DNA of 64,000 nt from Reclinomonas americana ATCC 50394. Taxonomy: Eukaryota. This document shows, piece after piece, positions 23,416-35,833 of the stretch. The notes below the pieces were generated by a model that saw only the letters and a list, made by a program, of their open reading frames with translations, was not told where the DNA came from and ran no database searches. The stretch spans positions 65,381 to 129,380 of the forward strand of contig PS015122.1 in NCBI GenBank assembly GCA_048213135.1. The letters run 5' to 3'. Both the position numbers and the translations under genes were made by a program. How positions within the stretch are numbered: position 1 is the stretch's first letter; each line of letters begins with the position of its first letter.

Positions 23416-24569
23416 ATGGCGAAGTCGCTGCCGACCTTTTCCGAGTTGCATTCCCCGCTCTCCTCCTNNNNNNNNNNNNNNNNNNNNNNNNNNNNNNNNN
23501 NNNNNNNNNNNACACTGTACTTTTCTCGCGCAAGTCCACATTCATTGCGCGTGCTGTTGCAGCCGACACGCCTGGCGTGGCGCTTGCCATATGTGGCCGC
23601 TCAGTTCTCGATGCCACCTGCCACGCTGCCGGCCTCGGCGGGTGTGGACACGAAGCGGCCGTATCTGTGGCTGCGCGTGCACATTTTCGTGAACCACCAG
23701 CCGCCGCGGTTTGCACTGTCGCCGGCTTTGCGGGTGCTGGTTCCTGGCATTGACCACGGCTCCAAGGCCGACATTGTGGAGGCTGTGTGGACGCACCTCA
23801 AGCAGACGCAGCAAGTGGACTTGACCGGTGACGGAGACTGTGTGATCCAGGTGGCCAGCGAAGCATTCCAGCAGCTGTTTGGTGGCCGCACCGAGATTCC
23901 CGTGTCGCGGCTGGTGGCTGAGGTTGAGAGGCACCTCACGCCACTGCCGCCCGTCACCATGGAGCTGTGGTATTCGTGAGTCGCTGTTGGGGGTGTTGTC
24001 TGCGCACTGTGGCGGCTGACCTGTGAGTGTTTTTGCCAGGCACTCGATGAATGCGCCCGACAGCAAGAAGCTGGAGACCAGCATCTACACGACGGGTGTG
24101 TCGACCGTGGAGGACGATCCGCGAACGGAGCAGGAGGTACGCATATGCAACCGCCGGCCTGCCCGTACGTGTTAGCTAATGTTTGTGATGTGCCGCAGAT
24201 TCGCGAGCTGAATCGACAGATTGCCGCCGACATTGAGACCATTACGCAGCGACGGCAGCGGCGAGCGTTCCTGTCGCAGTTTGCCGAGTCACCGGTGCAT
24301 GTGTTGGAGAACTTTGTGGTGCAACAATCACGTAACTTGCAGGTTTTGTGGTGGCGCGTGGGGTGGAAGGAGGCGTTGCAAGTGTCTGGCTGACCGTGGT
24401 GTGTTTCTTGTTTTGACAGGCTTTCCAGGATCGCGAGAGAGAGCTGATGCGCCGGAGTGCACTGTTCACGAAGCCGTGGATCATGGACGCTGTCTCGCAC
24501 TACGCTGCCGTTGAGCGGCAAAAGCGGAAGCAGCAGCAGCAGCAGCCACCACCACCACCACCGCAATAG
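23416..24569 (+). CDS. SWIB/MDM2-domain protein, SMARCD/BAF60-like (N gap near the 5' end)
   Basis: HQPPRFALSPAL..SKADIVEAVWTHLK..FQQLFG..HLTPLPPV (SWIB domain); RRAFLSQFAESPV..FVVQQSRNL; RRSALFTKPWIMDAVSHY, all typical of the BAF60 C-terminal half. Confidence 0.85.
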
Positions 24570-25054
24570 TGCAATTGTGCCGCGTACGAGTGCATGACCA
24601 TATAATGAAGAGAGAAGCACACGGAAACCGGACCCAATATTATTTGACACGCAGGGTACAGTCACAAATTGACACAAAAACTACATGGCGGAAGCAACAG
24701 ACCACAACCGACACGATGGCACACGAGTTCGTGCGCACAAGACGCGCGNNNNNNNNNNNNNNNNNNNNNNNNNNNNNNNNNNNNNNNNNNNNNNNNNNNN
24801 NNNNNNNNNNNNNNNNNNNNNNNNNNNNNNNNNNNNNNNNNNNNNNNNNNNNNNNNNNNNNNNNNNNNNNNNNNNNNNNNNNNNNNNNNNNNNNNNNNNN
24901 NNNNNNNNNNNNNNNNNNNNNNNNNNNNNNNNNNNNNNNNNNNNNNNNNNNNNNNNNNNNNNNNNNNNNNNNNNNNNNNNNNNNNNNNNNNNNNNNNNNN
25001 NNNNNNNNNNNNNNNNNNNNNNNNNNNNNNNNNNNNNNNNNNNNNNNNNNNNNN

Positions 25055-25240
25055 GAGGGGGCAAGGGTGAGGGAGAGGGACAGGGAGAGGGGGCAAGGGT
25101 GAGGGATGGGGAGAGGGGGCAAGGTGAGAGAGAGGGGGCAAGGGTGAGGGATGGAGAGAGTGGGCAAGGGTGAAGGATAGGGAAGGGTGAGGGATGGGGA
25201 GAGGGGGCAAGGTGAGGGAGAGAGGGGGCAAGGGTGAGGG
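25055..25240. repeat. Purine/G-rich minisatellite (about 18-25 bp units with core ggggcaagggtgaggga) next to an N gap
   Basis: About 7-8 degenerate copies of gggcaagg(g)tgag are directly visible. Confidence 0.85.
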
Positions 25241-25844
25241 ATTGGACAGAAGGGCGAGCGCATACAGTTACAAGATTTGCTGGTGGAAGAACGGAACCCC
25301 GTAACAACGGAAGGAGGAGAGGAGCGCAGCAGCAGACACTGGATGCAGAGAGTCTGAGAAGACAACTTGCTGCAGCGAGCATCACCCACATCGGCAGAAT
25401 CACACAGCATGAAGACACACATTTGCTACAAACAGAGCACAAGACGCAATCCCTTGCAACACAGACAGCCCAGACAACAACCCACGTGACATTCATGCAT
25501 CCGAGAATGAGAGCGAATCACACCGGTGATGCAAAACACCACGAAATATGCCCTCCTGCCAAGCATCTCTCCACCAACAGCACACACCACTCTCTACTAG
25601 TGCGCTCGACGACACACACGCACACACACACGAACGGAGTTGAGGAGTGACCACGGTGCTCAAATCCGTTGAAACAAGCAACAAAGAGATGTGCCAACTC
25701 CTCACGGACAACAACAAGCACACAACACACTGTGTGCGCTACGCCACCAAAAAACACACAACAGCAGAGAGGACAAGGAGGAGCCCCGACAAGTCCGTCT
25801 TTTGCGCGACGACATGACCACTCTATTTGCGCGTGTGACGCAAC

Positions 25845-26403
25845 ATCCAACTCAGCGCGCGACTCATGAATGCGGTCCTCGTCGCTCGTGTCCACCAAGA
25901 ACACAATAGCATCACATGTAGCAAAGTACGACGGCCACAGGCGGCGAGCTGAAGAAAAAAGAGTGAGAGACATGTTTGTGCGCGACTCAAGTCACACACA
26001 CAGAGAGAGAGAGGGAGAGCCGACCTGGTCCATGGCCACCCATGTCCCACGCGTTGAACTTGATGTTGCCCATGGAGAACTCCTCCTCAGCTGCCACGCA
26101 CAAGGTATCAGTCAGTCAGCATTAATGTCATCTGTGAATGTCTCTCAGTGTCTGTGTGTGTTTGCGCAACTTGGATGTGCGGTGGGCATCGCCTGCACCT
26201 TTCGATCATCCTTCAGTGTGTGCAACAGTGTCGTCTTGCCGGCATTGTCGAGTCCCAACAGCAAAATCGTTCCACTCTTGCCATACAGACCTACACACAG
26301 CAACAAGAGCTCTCAGAAGTCTCACTCTTATTGAGAGGTTCCACAACACGTGAGGCTCACCAAGTGCGGTCAGCAGGCTGTAGAACCATCGCACCAGAAA
26401 CAT
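25845..26403 (-). CDS. SAR1: Sar1-family small GTPase, partial (C-terminal exons probably in the gap at 24749-25054)
   Basis: [78 protein letters not shown]; the NKxD exon is not visible. Confidence 0.85.
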
Positions 26404-26782
26404 CTTCTCTCTGAAGTGTGAGGTGTTAGTTGACGCGTGTCATACTCATGAGTCACACAGTTGTCTCAAGCACACGCGGGAGACGGAGGTACACACACAC
26501 AGAGAGAGAGAAAGAGAGGGGAGCGAGAGCAGAAGGCGTGCGCGTGTGTCACACAAGAGAGACAAGTCAGAGATGGCACGTGGCATAACAACTTGCGCGC
26601 GCACACGCTCTCTTTCACACACGCGCATACACACACGAGCGCGCACATAAAGAGAACACACATACGCAGACAGAGAGGCCAGGCGCGCAACTTCTCTTCT
26701 CACGTCCAACGCGAAAGTATGTGTGTGCACCGTTACTCGCCGATCGACCGACCGGAGCACCTATCCAACTTCAATCGGGCAG

Positions 26783-27840
26783 ATGCGGTTGCTCGTTCCC
26801 GTGGCGCTCACTGGCGCTGGCGTGGCGGCCTCTGCGCTGCTTCTGCACAACGTCGACGTCACGGCGCCGATGCTGCGCGCGTCGTTTGCGTCCTCGTGCC
26901 CCGCGCACTTTGATGATGTGCCGCGCTCGGCCGTGCATGTGTGGGCCGCGCTGGCCATGCGTCCTGCGTGGCAGCCGCACATCGCGCAGCACGTGTCGCT
27001 CACAGAGGCGTATGGGCATTTGTTGAATGAGGACGATGATGTCGATGAGTGCAAGCAGACAGCGTCGACGTCGCTGCTGTGCACGCTGGCCAAGGTGCAG
27101 CATCCGCGCATGTTTCTCACAGAGCAAGGTGCTTGCGTCTACGTGCGTTTCCTTTTTATATTGCAGTTTCCTCATATCCGCCACCAGCGCTTTTACTGCA
27201 GCAACTGCGCGAGTGTGGGACGCCGGCAAGCGACCGCGTGCTGGCCGTCAATGTGGCGCATGAGGTGTTGGAGGGCGAGCCGAGCCCGTTCACGCTCTCC
27301 GCGCTCCGTCACGTCTACGACCGCGCGTTGCAGCACGAGACCGATCCGCAGCCCTTTGCGCAGCTGGCGGCCACCGAGACGCGACGCGTGGCCTCGGGCG
27401 CTCTCCAGTGCGTGCGCTACGAGTTCACTCCAACGCAAGTCATCGTGCGTCTCCACGAGGCCACTGCCGTGTGGGATTTGCGCGACTGCCTCGTGCCCAT
27501 GACAGCCGCCACCGTCACTGCGCAGTTGACTGCGCTGCTGTGCCGCCCACCGCTGCCGCAGCGCAGCCTGTGGCTCTCGCTCATGTGGTTCACCATTGCC
27601 GGTCTCGGCTCCTTCATCGCACAGCGTGTCGCCGTGCGACCCCTGGCCATGCACGTGGCCGGAGCACACCCGGAGCCGGGAACCCCTCGCGCGGCCGCCA
27701 CCGATGCCGCTCGCCTCACCGCGCTCCCTCTGCTGACGCTCCTGCTCAGCCGCGCGAGTGTTCCCATGGCCGTGGCCTCACTGTGCGCAGTCGCCTGGGC
27801 CGAGTTCGGCGCTCCCTGCTCAGTGACCTCCAGTTGGTGA
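26783..27840 (+). CDS. Hypothetical membrane protein, 2 exons
   Basis: Hydrophobic N-terminus MRLLVPVALTGAGVAASALLL, GC-rich coding-like sequence, 2-3 hydrophobic helices near the C-terminus; no family recognised. Confidence 0.55.
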
Positions 27841-28344
27841 GCCGCGCTCAATGCGCACTCGCGGCGACGGCGATCGTGCCGCCGTGGCGGCTGGTGCTTT
27901 CGTCACCAATGAGCGCTGTGACAGCAAGCCACCACGTCCACGAAGCATTGACTGCGCGGCGGCCGCAGAGGACACTGGCGCCGCCGCTGTTGTCGACGAG
28001 GAGGACGATGCCATGAGCGGAGGAATGAACTCGTCCTCGCCATACATCGCTGCTGATGACGATCCCGGCCCGCTCAACCCCAACAGCAAGAGGAACTCAT
28101 CAAAGTCAAGTCGCTCTCGTGACTGCAACCCGCGTGCCGCACGCAGCATCTCAAACTTCTCCTCCGGCACCCCGGACAGCGTCCACAGAATGTGTCTCAA
28201 AGCCGCCTGTGAGTGTGTGAGAGTGTGAGAGAGACGGCACTCGCGCGCGTGTGTGTATGTATATGCACTGACCACATCAACAAGCCCATCGGAGCCGGTG
28301 AGCAAGCTGAGAGCTTCTTGTGCGCGGTCTCGTGGCGTGCCCAT
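27820..28344 (-). CDS. Small protein with a degenerate EF-hand-like pair and a low-complexity tail
   Basis: MGTPRDRAQEALSLLTGSDGLVDV|AALRHILWTL..ERLDFDEFLLLL, with one GT-AG intron. Confidence 0.5.
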   Translation of the reverse strand: MGTPRDRAQEALSLLTGSDGLVDVVSAYTYTHARECRLSHTLTHSQAALRHILWTLSGVPEEKFEMLRAARGLQSRERLDFDEFLLLLGLSGPGSSSAAMYGEDEFIPPLMASSSSSTTAAAPVSSAAAAQSMLRGRGGLLSQRSLVTKAPAATAARSPSPRVRIERGSPTGGH

Positions 28345-28394
28345 GGACAGTTGTCGCTGCGTTGCTCGCGGGCAGTTGATTAATTTGTACACAG

Positions 28395-31300
28395 ATGAGT
28401 GAGCGCGGACCTCTTGTGTCGCTTGTGTTCGAGCGTGTGGATGTGCTGCGACCGGCGACACTACCGCCTCCACCAGTGATTGCAGAGGAGCAACAAGTGG
28501 AACAAGAGCAGGAGGGAGAGGGAGAGGAGAAGCAAGTGGAGGAAGAGTCGCCTTCTTCTTCTCCTCCTCTGCCACCACCTCTCACTGGCACAGTTGCGCT
28601 GTCTGTTGCTCAGTCGCTGCTTGCTCTTCTCTGTTGTTGACTGTTGTTGTTGATGTTTCATAGTCGGTGTATGCCAGTGGTGTGTTGTATGAGGGAACGG
28701 TGGCGAGTGAGGCGGGTGTGCCGCACGGGCATGGTGTGTTGACGTGGCCGGATGGGACGCGGTATGAGGGGCAGTTGGTGAATGGGCAGCCGACGGGCGA
28801 GGGCGAGCTGGGGTGGTGAGTGGAAGGGAGAAGGGAGAGAAGGGAAGGGAGTGGAAGCGAAGGGAAGGGAGGGAAGGGCGATGAGTGAGAAAGAGAAAGA
28901 GAGCAGACCGATTTACGAGCACCGTGCACTGAGAGAGAAAGCGATCTGGCATCAGAGAAGCGAGCAAGTCCGCTGAGCGACAGAGGGAAACGACGGCAAG
29001 GAGGACAGGCCGACCGATGCTGCGTCGATAGAGCAACGAATAGGGGGAGGAAGCAGGCTGATACGAATGCAGAGAGACCTGGCTGGCGTCAGAGACCGAC
29101 GAGCGAGAGAATGGGGAAAGAGATAGACCGTTAGGCATCGTGCAAGATTGCAGCATTGTTGTAGAGTTTTGGTCAGTAGAAACAGAAGCACTGTGGGAGA
29201 CCGACTGATCTGCAAGGAAGCGATGAACCGAGAGCAGGCAGCAGACGCTGATAGAAAGAAAGGCAGAAAGATTGACAAGTAGCATCCGAGACTACTATGA
29301 GGGAGAGGTCTGCTGAGACGAAAGACTGCCAGCACGACGCGGAATGCGTGAGACAGTGAGAGAGACTGGTTGACAAGCACTCAGTAACGGGAGGCGAAGA
29401 GCAGAACCGAAAGCAAGCAAACATGCTCTCTTTCTTGTCCTTTCGTGTGTCTTATCCTTCTCCCTCCCCCTCCTCCCCCAACAGGCCCAACGGCTTCACA
29501 TACCGCGGCAGTGTGTTGAAGGGACAGCGGCACGGCTGGGGTCGCCAATTCGCACCCGACGGTGGAGTGCTGTACGAGGGCGAGTGGGAACTGGGTTTGC
29601 GACACGGGCGCGGCAAGTTTGTGTATCGCACGCCGAATGGGGACCACACGTACGACGGCAAGTGGCAGCACGGGCAGCGACACGGGCGTGGCGTGATGAC
29701 CTACAGCACCGGCAATGTGTACGACGGCGAGTGGACGCACGATTGCATCACGGGTCACGGCTGCATGTCGTGGGACGGTGGGCGAGTCACGTTTGATGGC
29801 GAGTGGCTGAATGGCATGCCACACGGCGTGGGAGTGCACACGGAGCAGCGCGGTGTCTCGGGCTCCGGGGGCAAGTCACTGGCCAATTGCTACAATGGAG
29901 AGATGGTGCACGGAATGCGCGAGGGCTCTGGCACGATGAAGTACGCCAACGGTTCATCGTACACGGGTGCATGGCGCCAGGATAAGAAGGTGCGCCACGC
30001 GTCAAGCGCCCTGTTGGATTGATGGTTGTTGCTCACACGTGCGCTCTGGTCGCAGCACGGTTTCGGGTCATTTATGAGCGAAATGGGAGCGCTGAGTCGC
30101 GGCATGTTTGAGGAGGATCGCTTCCAGTACAGCTGCGAGTCGCCAGTGGCGGCGTCGCTCGAATCGCCCCCGCACGACTCGGACGACACCTCTGGTGCCG
30201 TACCGCCGTCGACTGCCGCCTCGGCGCCAACGATTGCGTTTGTCGAAAACACCCCACGAGCACCCAAACCACCACCAGCACCATCAGCAGCAGCATCAGC
30301 AGCGGGAGACCAACACTCCAGCCGCAAGGCGGCAGACGACAAGAAGAAAGCCTCGTCCACCAAGAACACGGCACGCTCCGGTAATCCGAGCGCACCGCCC
30401 TCGGCTGCACCGTCCACAGGCACCGCTGTGGTGGCCGTCACCACCAATTCGCCTTCAGGCACACCCGTGGTGCGCGCCACGGATTGTGCGCGTGCGGTCG
30501 GTCGTCTTCGCACGCAATTCATCGCACTGGAGGTATCCGATCTGCTGCCGCCCGGCACCAGTTCCAGTGCCGTCGACATGGTGCGCAATGTGCTCTCGCA
30601 AAACTACGGTGAGCACGCGGGAGAGGGGGATTCTTCTGTTTTTCATCATATCTTCATAGCCTTCTCACTTCTTCCTCCTATCTGCAGATGCACTGCGCGC
30701 CCTGTTCCAGTTCTTTTCGTCCAAGGATCTGGCCGGTTCTGTAGCATCGGCACGCTCGCCCTTCCAGCGTCGTGCTCGATTCTCGCCCGTGGATCCCACC
30801 ACATTCAGCATGTCGGCGACGGCCGAGAGCAAGTTGGTGGCCCTCGCCGCCATTCACATGCCGTGTTTGCCCGATGAATCGCTGCGATGCTCGCTGCAGG
30901 GTCCCGGCAGCGCCACACCACCAGGAACGGCGCTCGAGTTGTGGCAGTCGTGGTTGATTTTCCGTCGCGCGGGAGTGCAGGATCAGAACACAAGTATTGG
31001 TGAGGAGACGGGCGGGAGAAGAGTGTGTGTGTGTGAGCAGCAAAAGGCAAGAAGCTCACCCCCTCCCTTTTCATGTTCGCAGCTGTCGTCGATCGCATCC
31101 TGTCACGCATGGCGCACGATCGACTGATCGATACCAAGCGCAACGACGCCACCGCACACGCTCCGGTGATGCAAGTGTCGTTCCGCCAGTTTGCCGAGTC
31201 GCTGGTGCGACTGGCACATCACAAGTACTCGCAGTCGGTGTACACGATGCAACCGGATCGTATGCGCAGCGAGGACGCAGCTCCACTGCACGAAAAGGTG

Positions 31301-32064
31301 GCGATGCTGTTTTCACAGCACTTGCAGTTGGTGGCCGAGAGGTTGCCGCCCGCCAAGTCGTCGGGTCAGTCGCCGCCGTCTTCCAGCGGACCACCCATCA
31401 CCGACGAGCCGGATCCGGTGGTGGACGCCATTGAGAATGCCATCATGGACGATTTTGAGGCGGTGATCCCGATTTTGTCGCGCACGTACGATTCGTGTGT
31501 GCACCGCATGCGCGAGCTGCCGGCCGAGCACACGAACAGCACGCCGTGTGTCACGGTACGCATGTTCCTGTCGCTGCTGAAGGTTTGTTGGTCGGACGAG
31601 TGACAAGAAGAAGCATCATCATCGATCGCTGTGCACGTTCCTCACGCGTTGGTGCGATTACAGGAGTGCAAGGTTATCGATGACGTCCTGTCATTGCGCA
31701 CCGTCACCTCGTGGTTCGAGCGTCTGTTTGTCGCCCCTCCGGTCGCCTCAGCAGACGACGAGCAGCATACTGTGTCGATAACCGCCGGCGATCGGTCGCG
31801 CATCATGTCTTTCGAGGTGTGTGTGTGTTGCCATCGTCAACGAGCGCGGAGCAATGGACCCCCTGCTCACATCCCTTGTCTCCTTCACAGTTGGTGTTCC
31901 CTGATTTCCTGGAGGCACTGCTGTGGTGCACGTTCTTCCGAGCGCTGGGTGCCGCTCGTCAGTCGGCATCATCGGCCCGTGCCGCAGCCATTGCAGCGAC
32001 CGCCGATCGCGCACGGAAACAGTGGATGAGCATGGTCGAGGCCCTGGATATGTGGTCAATGTAA
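28395..32064 (+). CDS. RSPH10B: MORN-repeat protein, radial spoke head 10B-like
   Basis: About 9 MORN repeats (YEGEW..G.RHGRG) followed by LRALFQFFSS, SFRQFAESLVRLAHHKY, FLSLLKECKVID and ELVFPDFLEALLWC, matching the RSPH10B layout. Confidence 0.75.
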
Positions 32065-32113
32065 ACGAGTACAGTTGTCCTCGTATCGCGTCCTTTCTAT
32101 TTCATCGACGAAA

Positions 32114-34457
32114 ATGGCGAGCGATGGCCAGCAGTTGTCGCTGGCATGGCTGGTCATGATGGCCATGCCCTCTGTGCTGATTGTTATCGCGGTGGTCTCC
32201 CTCGTTGCCACCATTGTCAAAGTGGTGCTCTCTGTGCTGCGCACTGGCAGCAGAGCAAGCAGGAGACATCGACCACCAGCACCGATTGATCGCCCAGCTC
32301 TCCTTGGTGAGCATGCGCACACACATGAGAGAGAGAGAGAGAGAGAATGATGTGCATCTCACTGTGCCACACAGCGCGGTATGGTCTGTCGGCGGAACGC
32401 GGTCTGCTGCCTGTCGCATGCAATGCATCGCTGCCTGCTGAGTTTGCTGCGTGGGAGCGCTTGTCGGAGGAGTTGCCACGACTGAATCGCGAAGGACGAC
32501 TGCGTGACTATGTCGACCAGCACTTGCCGGTGCTTGAGGCCACGTCGGAGTTGCTGGAGAGCGATGAGCACGCACGCAGGTCGTTCATTGTGCTGGGACA
32601 GGTGTGCCGTGTTCTTCCTTTCTGCATGCGACGACTGGTGGCGGCTCATGCATGCACGCCCTCGCAGTTCGTGCACTCGTATGTCAATGGAGCACAGGCT
32701 GCGTGGGGGCTGGTCGGAGGCACCACTGCGGCGACGGAGCGAGTGCTGGTCGTTCCACCGCAGCTGGCCGTGCCTTGGAATCAGGTGGCGTGTCACTTGG
32801 GTGTGCCGACGGCGCTGACATCGGCACTGGACTTGTGGAACTGGCGACTGGTGGATCCGGCGGGCGCGTTCGAGCCGCACAACCTGACGTGCCTGTCGAC
32901 GATGACGGGCACAGAGTCGGAGGTCGCCTTTCACATGATTCCGTGCAGCATGCAGCAGGCGGCGGCGCATCTCATGTTGGATCTGGTGACGGCGCCTGAG
33001 CATCTGGTGGCCACGCAAAACGCCGTGGCGTTGACGTCGTTGCTGTGCGAGCTGACGGCAGTGCTTGTCGAGTGCAAGAGGCTCTTTGACACGGTGGACG
33101 AGCTGGTGAAACCCGACATTTTTTACTCGGTGTACCGCCCGCTGCTGTCGGGTTGGTGGCCGAGCGGCCTGGTGCTGCGTGGGGTGCCGCCAGACGCACC
33201 ACTGGCTCCGCTGTGCGAGCGTCGCGGGGATGGCACGGTGGTGTCCGCGGCCAAGGGCCCGAGTGCGGGACAGAGCACGCTGATTGCGCTGATCGATGCG
33301 TTCCTCGGGGTCGCGCATCACGGCGAGGCCAGTGAGTTTCAGAGCGAGATGTGTCGGTTCTACATGCCGCACTGGCATCGCCAGTTGTTGGTAGATTTTG
33401 CGGAGAGTGTGAGGGAGAATGGCGCGGTCAAGGTGCGTGGGAGGGAAAGGGGGAGAAGAGAGAAGGGAAAGGGGAAGGGGGAAGTGGGAGAGAGAGATAT
33501 CTTCAACGTGATATCGTCTTCCGCTCTTCCTTCGCGACGCTTTAAGAAGTGTGGTGGCAGTGAATGTTGTTGTTCTAGAAGGAGACACCGATCGGGTTGC
33601 CTTGGGGCTCATTGCAGCGGGGAAAGAACGACAAAAGAGAGAAAAATGCAGCGAGACGATTGCGTCTGAGCACAGCAGTGTGGTGGCAGCGAATGTTGTT
33701 GTCTGCGAAGGAGACACAAATCGGGTTGCCTTGCAGCTGTGGCGTTGCAGCGGAGAGAGAAGAGAGAGAGATAATTGCAGCAAGACGATTGCGTCTGAGC
33801 GCAGCATATGAGATTCAGGTCGGGTTACTCGGGGCTGTGAGTAGAAGAGAGACTGCTGGTTCCACCTTTGTGCAACCATCGTGCAGCAGGCTTGTAGCGG
33901 CGGTGGCGGAGAGACAACTGCAGCATGAGTTTCTCCTTGCGACTCTTTCAGCGGCCTGGAATGCTGTTGTTGGAGAATGAGGTTGTGAGAGAGACTGCTT
34001 CAGTTTTCCACCTTTGTGGTGGGCAGTGTCAGCAGCGTCACATTGGAAGAGTGAGCAACTATCATGGAGTAAGCTCGCTACGTGGCGGAGTCCTCCTTCG
34101 CGTCTCTCGAATGTGGGTGGCAGACAGCGACTGCTTTGAGAAGGAGATGCAGATCGGGTCACCTTGTGACTGTGGGGAGAGAGAGCTTTCCCGCTGTTGG
34201 ATAGTACTCACCTCTTTCTGTGTGTGACTCCGCTGACACCAAGTGCACCGATCACACAGGACCTCGTCAGCACCATCGGCAACGAGAGCCTGGAGAAGGC
34301 CTACCAGCAGTGTGTGGCTGCGCTGGCCGACCTGCGCGTCTTCCACTTGGGTGTTGCCACACGGTACCTGCGCATGGCTTCGCACGGCACTGGCGCGAGT
34401 GACTTTCGCCACATGCTACGCGAGGCCATTGACGGCACACGCGAATCTGTTAAATGA
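32114..34457 (+). CDS. IDO: Indoleamine 2,3-dioxygenase family heme enzyme with an N-terminal hydrophobic helix
   Basis: YGLSAERGLLP, VPPQLAVPW, LWNWR, FYSVYRPLLSGW, GPSAGQS, YMPHWHR, LRVFHLGVATRY (proximal His) and GTGAS. Confidence 0.9.
33548..33806. repeat. Two tandem copies of a 129-bp unit in the long IDO intron
   Basis: agtgtggtggcag..gaaggagacac..atcgggttgcctt..gacgattgcgtctgagc starts at 33548 and again at 33677. Confidence 0.85.
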
Positions 34458-34593
34458 ATCAAAGCAGCGCTCTGTTCAGAACAGGTGGCAAACAGAGTTG
34501 TACAATCGTCCAGTCCGATGCACACGAGAAGCGGAAAATGTACAGGAGGCGGGGGTGGGAAAACACACGAGCGAGGAAGAATACCACAGGCGC

Positions 34594-35794
34594 TCACGCA
34601 TCGTCGTCGACGTCGAGCGCGCCCTTGGCCTGCATCATCTTGAACGTCTGATACTCGTTGTAGTGTTGCTTTCGTCGCCTCTTGAATTCGTCACGCCGCC
34701 GCTTTCTCTCTTCAGGAGTGAGACCGTCGTCCTCCTCGTCACCGCCATGCGCATCGCCACCGCTGCCACCGGCAGCGGATGATGAACCGTGGTGGGGGCG
34801 ATCTTCGTCAGAGTCTTCACTGGAGACGTCGTCCCATCGCTTGTGTACTGTGAGGGGGAGAACAGGGAAAGGGGGTGAGAAGGGTGATAGAGGGAGGGAT
34901 AACAGGAGATGGAGCGTATGGAGGAGAGTACGCGAGTGAGCAACAGGCATAAAGAAGCGAGACGAGAGAAGAGCAGGTGTATGTGGGGAAAAGTGAGTCG
35001 ATGTTGCGGATACAGAGTGAGCACAATCGAGTGACTGACATGAGGAACAGAGGCGATTGTGCGACGATAAGCAGATGTAAGTTGGCGAGATGGAACAGAA
35101 GCGATAGAAAGCAAAATATGGCAAAGATGCGAGTGAACGCATCTAAACAATCAAGCACACCAACCTTCCGACTTCAACGCGCCACCATGCTCTGCCAGTC
35201 GCGCCTCCAATCCCTCAAACGCCGTTGCAGACAGATCCATGGGCACACTCATGCTGCTGCTGCTGCTGCTGCCGCCGCCGCCGCCGCTGCCGCCAGCCGG
35301 ATTAGGCGAGCGCGGTGTTGTCTGGTCCTCATCGCTGTCGGCTGCGAGAACAGCAAGAACCAACAGATGAGGAAAGGGAGCACGATCAGTCGACTGTGTT
35401 CTCTTCGTGTTCCCTTGCTTTCACATGTGAAAGTGACAAGCACACATGCATAGACGCTGCTTCTGGAAGTGCAAGACGCTTCTTTCATCGTGCACCTGCT
35501 CTGCTCGAGTACACCAATAGACACGATGTTTCTGGTCATACAGTACGCTCATCGCTGACCAGCAAAGCTTGACAAACGAAGCGAGAACACAACAAGCACA
35601 CATGCTCAGCTCTCTTCCCTGTCTCTCATTCATCGCCACACCTGCTCTGCTCGAGCACGACGATGGAGAAGGAGAGACAAGCACACATGCTGTCGTTGCG
35701 CCTCATGCATCGCTGACCAGCAAAGCTGGACAAGCGCAGAGAGAGCACAACACACATTGCTCTTTCCTACTTTCCGTCTGAGTGCATGCGGCCA

Positions 35795-35833
<39 letters not shown>

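Noticed and set aside
23416-23520. Apparently truncated BAF60 N-terminus
   Set aside because: An N gap of uncertain true size lies here, so truncation cannot be claimed.
32359-33879. 506-aa minus-strand ORF
   Set aside because: Antisense shadow of IDO plus intronic repeat.
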